Shown here piece after piece: positions 16,054 through 23,101 of a stretch of DNA of 23,101 nucleotides (its first letter is position 1; every line of letters starts with the position of its first letter). The stretch is from Pseudomonadota bacterium (GTDB taxonomy: Bacteria; Bdellovibrionota_B; Oligoflexia; Oligoflexales; CAIYRB01): NCBI GenBank assembly GCA_031416315.1, contig JANOTL010000210.1, forward strand, positions 1-23,101, read 5' to 3'. The notes under the pieces were generated by a model. That model worked only from the letters and a program-made list of their open reading frames with translations. It was not told the origin of the DNA and ran no database searches. Made by a program: the position numbers and the translations under genes.

Positions 16054-16085
16054 TAAGCACCCCTTCCGGTACTACATTTCGCCCG

Positions 16086-18071
<1,986 letters not shown>

Positions 18072-18136
18072 TCACCAAACGTGCCTAGCCGCGCAGCGGC
18101 GAGTGCCCGTGCCCGCGCAAGGTCGCCCCCCCCCGG

Positions 18137-19333
18137 TCAAGCTGCGCCATCCTTCTCCAACCGATCCAAGCCCCGCTGCGCCTTATCGAACCCTGGCTGA
18201 TGCATCAAAGCTTGCGCGTAATACCACTTCGCCCGCTCGAAATCCCCCGCCTCGGCCCGCTTCTCGTGCGCATGCCCGAGGTTGAATAGGACGCGCGCAT
18301 CGCTCGCGTCGAGCTTCAGCGCCAAGAGATACCGCTCGATCCCTTCCTTGAACTGCCCCAGCCGTACGTGCGCCAAGCCCAGGGAGTTCAAGGTCCCGAC
18401 GTCGCCCTCGTCCAGATCGAGCGCGCGCTTGAAGCTCTTCATCGCCCGCTCGTACTCTTCCTTCACCAAGTAGCAGTTGCCTAGCCCCTTGTACCCTTCC
18501 GCCATCCGCGGCGACAAGGTCACCGTCTTCTTGAAGAGCGAAAGCGACGCATCCGTGTTCCCCATCTCGAGATACGTGCGCGCCAAGGCGAGCGTGTAGC
18601 GCGGATTTTCCGGGCTCGCCTCGTGGAGGATCTGCGCCGCTTGCAAGATCCCGGCGCGGTCCTCCCGCTCCTCGGCGATCGAGAGCAGCTCACGGTACGC
18701 CTCGATGAATTCGGCATTGTGCGTCAAGGCCGTGCGCAGAAGCGAGATCGACGCCGACAAGTTGCCGCGCAGCCTTTCGATCTTCGCCATGCCGGCCAGG
18801 CCTCTCGCCGAGTTCGGCTTGGCGTCGAGCGCTGCGGCGAAGTAGGTCTCCGCCATCGCCAGGTCGCCGTGCGCGATCCGCTCCTCGCCCTGGTCGAGGA
18901 GGCTCGTCGCCTTGCTCGGCGCCACCTGCTGGCGCAACATGTTGAAGATTTGCGCGCAAAAATCCTCGTACGAGAACGGCTTAAGCAGGTAACCGTCGAT
19001 CTTCACCTCGGAGGCGAGGACCACGTCCTTCTTCAAATTCTCGACCGATAGGATGAGAAAAGGTGTCTGCTGGTAGGCCGACTCCTTGCGCACCTGGCGG
19101 CAAAACATCAGGCCGTTCACCTCGTCGAGCGACCATTCGACGATGAACAGGCCAATTTTCGCGGTGAGCATCATCCGCCGGGCGTCCGCCACCGAGCCGA
19201 CCAGCTTGATGTTCTTGATTTTGAGGTTCGTCAGGAACTGCTTGATCGAAGTGCGATAATTCAAGGAGGGCTCGATGACGAGCACCACCTTGTCGCCCAG
19301 AAATTGTTGCAGCTCTCGGACGTTACCTTTCAA
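18137..19333 (-). CDS. Receiver-like domain fused to TPR repeats
   Basis: CheY-like pattern VLVIEP...LFIVEW...NGLMFCRQVR...PFLILS...DGYLLKPF, then multiple TPRs (AEGYKGLGNCY, LNSLGLAHVRLG, VLFNLGHAH). GGAGG SD at 19340-19344 sits 6 nt before TTG 19333. Confidence 0.88.
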   Translation of the reverse strand: MKGNVRELQQFLGDKVVLVIEPSLNYRTSIKQFLTNLKIKNIKLVGSVADARRMMLTAKIGLFIVEWSLDEVNGLMFCRQVRKESAYQQTPFLILSVENLKKDVVLASEVKIDGYLLKPFSYEDFCAQIFNMLRQQVAPSKATSLLDQGEERIAHGDLAMAETYFAAALDAKPNSARGLAGMAKIERLRGNLSASISLLRTALTHNAEFIEAYRELLSIAEEREDRAGILQAAQILHEASPENPRYTLALARTYLEMGNTDASLSLFKKTVTLSPRMAEGYKGLGNCYLVKEEYERAMKSFKRALDLDEGDVGTLNSLGLAHVRLGQFKEGIERYLLALKLDASDARVLFNLGHAHEKRAEAGDFERAKWYYAQALMHQPGFDKAQRGLDRLEKDGAA

Positions 19334-19413
19334 GGCGTGCCTCCACCCCAGTTTGTCGGCAGCTTCCCGCCCCACCTTGACCCTAGCGAAATGGCGGGGG
19401 AATATGCCCACCT

Positions 19414-21123
19414 ATGGGCTCAGCTCAGACCGCAGGGACTCTTTACCGCCAGGCGCTCCGGAACAACTGGGGCGTCTATTTGGCCGGCGCCCTCACGTTG
19501 ATCTCGACCAGCATCACCGAGGTGCTGACCCCGAAGTTCATCCAGTGGTGCCTGGACCTCGCGGCGACGGGCGGCCCCGGCGCCGTCAGTCGGCTCCATG
19601 AGCTGGTCACCTGGTTCGGCATCGTCCTCGTCGTCGGCCTCGTCGGCAGGATCGGCTGGCGCCAACTCCTGGCGCGCCGCACGCACGTCGAGGGCCGAGA
19701 GCTCAAGGTGCGGTTCTGGGACACCCTGCGCTTCCTGCCCTTACGCACGTTCCAGGACTATCCGTTGGGCGACCTGATGAACCGCGCCACAGGCGACTGG
19801 TCCGCGAGCCGCACGATCTTCGGCTTCACCGTCGTGCTGACGCTCGACATGATCTTCTTCACCTCGCTCTCGGTCGTCGCGATGCTCACCATCGATTGGC
19901 GTCTGACGCTCCTGAGCCTCGCCATCTTTCCGGTCCTGCCGCGTTTCATCCTGCGACTCGCGCGCAAAGAGCACGACCTGCACGTCGTGGCGCAGGAGCA
20001 GCTAGGCCACCTCTCCGACCGTATTTCTCAGTCTTTGGGCACGATCCGCCTGACGCGTGCGACGGCGAGCGACGCGCTGTGGCAAGAGGAGCTCGCGCGC
20101 GAGGCACGAGGCTACGCCGACCGCCGGTTCGAGGTGATGAAGACCGGCTGGAAGATCTTTCCGCTCGGCGCCGCGCCGACCCTGATCGCATACGCGATCC
20201 TGATCTTCTTCGGCGGCCGGCGCATCGCCTCGGGCGAGCTCACGATCGGGCAGTTCGTCGCCATGCTCTCCTATGTCTTGATGCTGCAAGGGCCACTGTT
20301 CGACATGGGCGACTGCATCGCTGAGTGGCAGAAGGGCTTCGCCAGCCTCTCGCGCATCACCGAGGTCTTCAATCTCGGGCGCGCGCCGTCAAAAGTCGCC
20401 GTTTTCGCGCCGGACACGGCCAGGGCCGCGAGCACCGTTCTCTCGATCCGCGGCCTCTCCTTCGCCTACGGCGACCGCCTCGTTCTCGACGACGTGAGCC
20501 TCGAGGTCGCCGCAGGCGAGAGCGTCGGCATCCAAGGCGCCATCGGCACCGGCAAATCGACCCTCCTGGCGCTCGCGGCCGGCCTCGTAGAAACGCCTGA
20601 AAGTACTGCCAAATCTAAGATCGCGCTCCTCGGCGAGACCCTGGCGGCTATCCCGCGCGCGCGCATCCCCGACCTCGTTACGATGGTGCCGCAGCGCTCG
20701 TTCCTGTTCGCCGGTACGATCCGCTTCAACTTGGAGCTCGACTCCCGCTACGACGAGGCCGAGATCTGGGAGGCGCTCGCCGTCGTGCGCCTTGAAAAAG
20801 ACGTGCGCGGCTTCGAGAAAGGCCTCGAGACGCGGATCGGCGAGTGGGGCGTGACGCTCTCGGGCGGCCAGAAGCAGCGCCTCGCGCTCGCGCGCGCCTT
20901 ACTCCGCCGCCGGCCTTTGCTCCTGCTCGACGACTGCCTCAGCGCCGTCGACGCCGTCACCGAGGAGGCGATCCTGGAGAACCTGGGCGCCTACCGCCGC
21001 CGCGAGAGCCGCCAGGCGATCGTCTGGGTCGCGCATCGGCTGTCGACGCTCGCCCTGTGCGATCGCGTGTTCGCGATGGATCGCGGGCGCCTCTCGAAGG
21101 TCGAGCGCGGGGGCAAGGCATGA
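19414..21123 (+). CDS. ABC exporter TMD-NBD subunit A (MdlA/BmrC-like heterodimer partner)
   Basis: About six TM segments, GDLMNRATGD, Walker A GAIGTGKST, signature LSGGQ, and degenerate Walker B LLLLDD. Confidence 0.92.
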   Translation: MGSAQTAGTLYRQALRNNWGVYLAGALTLISTSITEVLTPKFIQWCLDLAATGGPGAVSRLHELVTWFGIVLVVGLVGRIGWRQLLARRTHVEGRELKVRFWDTLRFLPLRTFQDYPLGDLMNRATGDWSASRTIFGFTVVLTLDMIFFTSLSVVAMLTIDWRLTLLSLAIFPVLPRFILRLARKEHDLHVVAQEQLGHLSDRISQSLGTIRLTRATASDALWQEELAREARGYADRRFEVMKTGWKIFPLGAAPTLIAYAILIFFGGRRIASGELTIGQFVAMLSYVLMLQGPLFDMGDCIAEWQKGFASLSRITEVFNLGRAPSKVAVFAPDTARAASTVLSIRGLSFAYGDRLVLDDVSLEVAAGESVGIQGAIGTGKSTLLALAAGLVETPESTAKSKIALLGETLAAIPRARIPDLVTMVPQRSFLFAGTIRFNLELDSRYDEAEIWEALAVVRLEKDVRGFEKGLETRIGEWGVTLSGGQKQRLALARALLRRRPLLLLDDCLSAVDAVTEEAILENLGAYRRRESRQAIVWVAHRLSTLALCDRVFAMDRGRLSKVERGGKA

Positions 21124-22961
21124 GCGGCATGTCCAAACGTCGCGAGTTCCTGGCGCGCTTCAAGGACGATGAGCGCGAGACCGGCGATAAGGTCCTGGTC
21201 GCCCGCGGCGGCGACGTCGGCGCCATCTTCGCCATGCTGCGCTTCGGTCGCGGCGTCCAGGCCAAGCTCTTCGGATCGATCGCCTTGATCATGACCGGGA
21301 CCGCCTGCGTCATGATCTCGGCGCGCACCTTGGGTCGCCTCGTCGAAGCGTTCGCCGATCCGGCCCAGCGCCATCATGCGACCTACCTCGGCCCGACGTT
21401 CCTGGCCCTCGAGGTGATCGCGGTCGTCGTTGCCTACTACGGCCGCGTCGGCCTCGCCGCGGCGACGATCGAGGTCACCTACCGGATCCGCATCACGCTC
21501 TTCGAGAAGATGAAGGCCTTGCCGATCTCCTACTTCGACGAGCAGCCGCTCGGCCGCACGATCACGCGCCTGACGAGCGACGTCGAAGGCATGGAGACCT
21601 TCTTCAGCGGCACGCTCGCCCGCGTCCTCACGGCCTTGATCACCATCGTCAGCGTGCTCGTCGCCATGCTCGTGACGTCGCCGCGCTTCGGCTTGATCAT
21701 CGCGCTCGCGGCGATCCCTTCGATCGTCTTCACCGTCGTCATGCGCGGACCCGTCGTCGAATGGATGCGGGTCCACAAGCGCCGCAGCGCCCATCTGAAC
21801 GCCAAGCTCGCCGAGTTCCTGAACGGCATGCCGGTGATCAAGGTCTTCGGCCTGGAGGACTGGACGCACCGCTCCTTCACCGCCGCCGCCGACGACATGC
21901 TCTACGCTGGGCTCAACACGATGACCTGGAACAGCATCATTCGCCCGATCGCGGTGCTCCTCTGCTCGCTTCCGACCTTCCTCATCCTTTGGCTGGGCGG
22001 CGAGCGCGTCCTGGCGGGCGTCATGCCGATCGGTATGCTGGTCGCCTTCACGCGTCTCTCGGAGCGCTTCGTGGCGCCGATCCGCACCATTTCCCAGGAA
22101 ATCCAAACGATCCAGGAGGCGCTCGTCTCCTCCGAGCGCGTCCGGCGCATGCTCCACGAGGAGGAAGAAGAGAAGACCCTCGGCCCGGACGGCGCCCAGA
22201 CCCCGGAGATTCGCGGGGGCGTCTTTTTTCGCGACGTTTGGATGCGCTATCGCGAAGGTCGTTGGGTCCTGCGCGGCGTCTCGTTCGAGGCTCGTCCCGG
22301 CGACAAGATCGGTCTCGTCGGCGCCACCGGCTCCGGCAAGACCTCGACGGTGGGCCTCTTGCCGCGGCTCTATCCCCACGGCAAAGGCGAGATCATCGTC
22401 GACGGCGTGCGCATCGAGGACGTCAAGCGCGAGCATCTGCGCTCGCACCTCGGCTACGTCAGCCAGGACGTCGTCGTGTTTTCCGGCACCATGCGGCAGA
22501 ACCTCGCCGCCGCGCTTCAGCCCGGCGCCCGCGCGCCTACCGACGCCGAGCTCCTGGCCGCCTGCGAGAAAACGGGCCTCGGGCGTGTCGTCGCCCAACT
22601 GCCGCAGGGCCTGGACCATCCTTTGGTTGAGGGCGGCGAGAACCTCAGCATGGGCGAACGTCAGCTCGTCGCGTTGACGCGCATGCTCTTGCGCGATCCC
22701 AAGGTCATGATTCTCGACGAGGCCACCGCGAACATCGACGAGCGCTGCGAGCTCCTGATCCAGCAGGCGATCGCCGAGCTGATGGTCGGTCGCACCTGTT
22801 TCGTCATCGCGCACCGCCTGAGTACGATCGTCCAGTGCGACCGGATCCTGGTGTTCAAGGACGGCGAGATCGTCGAGCAGGGAACGCACGCGGAGTTGAT
22901 GGCTCTGGCCGGAGTCTACGCCGGCCTGGCGAAGCGGCAGCTGACCGCGCCCGCGACCTGA
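21120..22961 (+). CDS. ABC exporter TMD-NBD subunit B (MdlB/BmrD-like)
   Basis: ATGA overlap at 21120-21123, GRTITRLTSDVE, Walker A GATGSGKTS, degenerate signature LSMGE, Walker B ILDE, and IAHRLST. Confidence 0.92.
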   Translation: MSGMSKRREFLARFKDDERETGDKVLVARGGDVGAIFAMLRFGRGVQAKLFGSIALIMTGTACVMISARTLGRLVEAFADPAQRHHATYLGPTFLALEVIAVVVAYYGRVGLAAATIEVTYRIRITLFEKMKALPISYFDEQPLGRTITRLTSDVEGMETFFSGTLARVLTALITIVSVLVAMLVTSPRFGLIIALAAIPSIVFTVVMRGPVVEWMRVHKRRSAHLNAKLAEFLNGMPVIKVFGLEDWTHRSFTAAADDMLYAGLNTMTWNSIIRPIAVLLCSLPTFLILWLGGERVLAGVMPIGMLVAFTRLSERFVAPIRTISQEIQTIQEALVSSERVRRMLHEEEEEKTLGPDGAQTPEIRGGVFFRDVWMRYREGRWVLRGVSFEARPGDKIGLVGATGSGKTSTVGLLPRLYPHGKGEIIVDGVRIEDVKREHLRSHLGYVSQDVVVFSGTMRQNLAAALQPGARAPTDAELLAACEKTGLGRVVAQLPQGLDHPLVEGGENLSMGERQLVALTRMLLRDPKVMILDEATANIDERCELLIQQAIAELMVGRTCFVIAHRLSTIVQCDRILVFKDGEIVEQGTHAELMALAGVYAGLAKRQLTAPAT

Positions 22962-22971
22962 GAGGGAGTCT

Positions 22972-23016
22972 AAAAAGGCGCGGGACGCAGGTTTACGGTC
23001 CCGCGATCCGCAACCG
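22972..23016 (-). repeat. Dispersed hairpin element, copy 2; resembles a minus-strand terminator
   Basis: CGCGGGACGC (22979-22988), 8 nt, GGTCCCGCGATCCGCAACCG (22997-23016). A5 at 22972-22976 gives a U-tract after the hairpin on the minus strand. Confidence 0.65.
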
Positions 23017-23101
23017 CTGACCGCTTGCGGCATTCCGCGGTCCGTGCTCCGCCGACCGCTTTCTGCCTGCCGCTGACGGCATGCTGCTAGCCGCATGCCC
23101 G

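Noticed and set aside
18072..18136. GCCGC-GCA-GCGGC mini-palindrome and C9 run between convergent genes
   Set aside because: Too short to call a REP. The homopolymer is downstream of both genes, so phase variation is unlikely.
20844..21119. N-terminal extension of the second ABC subunit in the ORF track
   Set aside because: It overlaps the first subunit's NBD. The ATGA overlap at 21120 is the natural start.
20520..22830. Degenerate Walker B (DD) in subunit A and LSMGE signature in subunit B
   Set aside because: This is the well-known asymmetry of heterodimeric ABC exporters, with one degenerate site; not novel.
20991..23096. 701-aa antisense ORF
   Set aside because: Shadow of the ABC exporter subunit B.

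Overview
A GC-rich bacterial chromosomal segment with no rRNA, tRNA, CRISPR array, transposase or phage genes that I can see. The gene mix (FolE2, stand-alone PilZ, receiver-TPR protein, FN3-like/beta-barrel surface protein, Lys/Ala-rich microprotein) suggests a diderm of the former Deltaproteobacteria such as Bdellovibrionota/Oligoflexia or Myxococcota; this is inference only. In order: a partial ABC-2-type ATPase and its permease (-); a YejABE-type peptide importer lacking its ATPase (+); an outer-membrane beta-barrel (-); folE2 (+); a CefD-like PLP enzyme (-); elbB, glgP and an unannotated 34-aa single-TM peptide (+); a 64-aa, 50% Lys/Arg histone-H1-like microprotein (-) with tandem terminators, a structured ~140-nt leader and a ~500-bp upstream non-coding region; a Pro/Glu-linker beta-barrel, a PilZ gene with a sigma28-like promoter, and a GT4 glycosyltransferase (all -); an ImmA/IrrE-like protein with HExxH changed to HLLGH (+); a 96-bp palindrome; acetoacetate-CoA ligase (+); a pseudo-receiver/TPR protein (-); and a heterodimeric ABC exporter pair (+). 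The best candidates for new biology are the 10983-12047 microprotein/RNA-structure locus, the apparently catalytically dead ImmA/IrrE homolog, and a two-copy dispersed hairpin element at 13260-13333 and 22979-23016.
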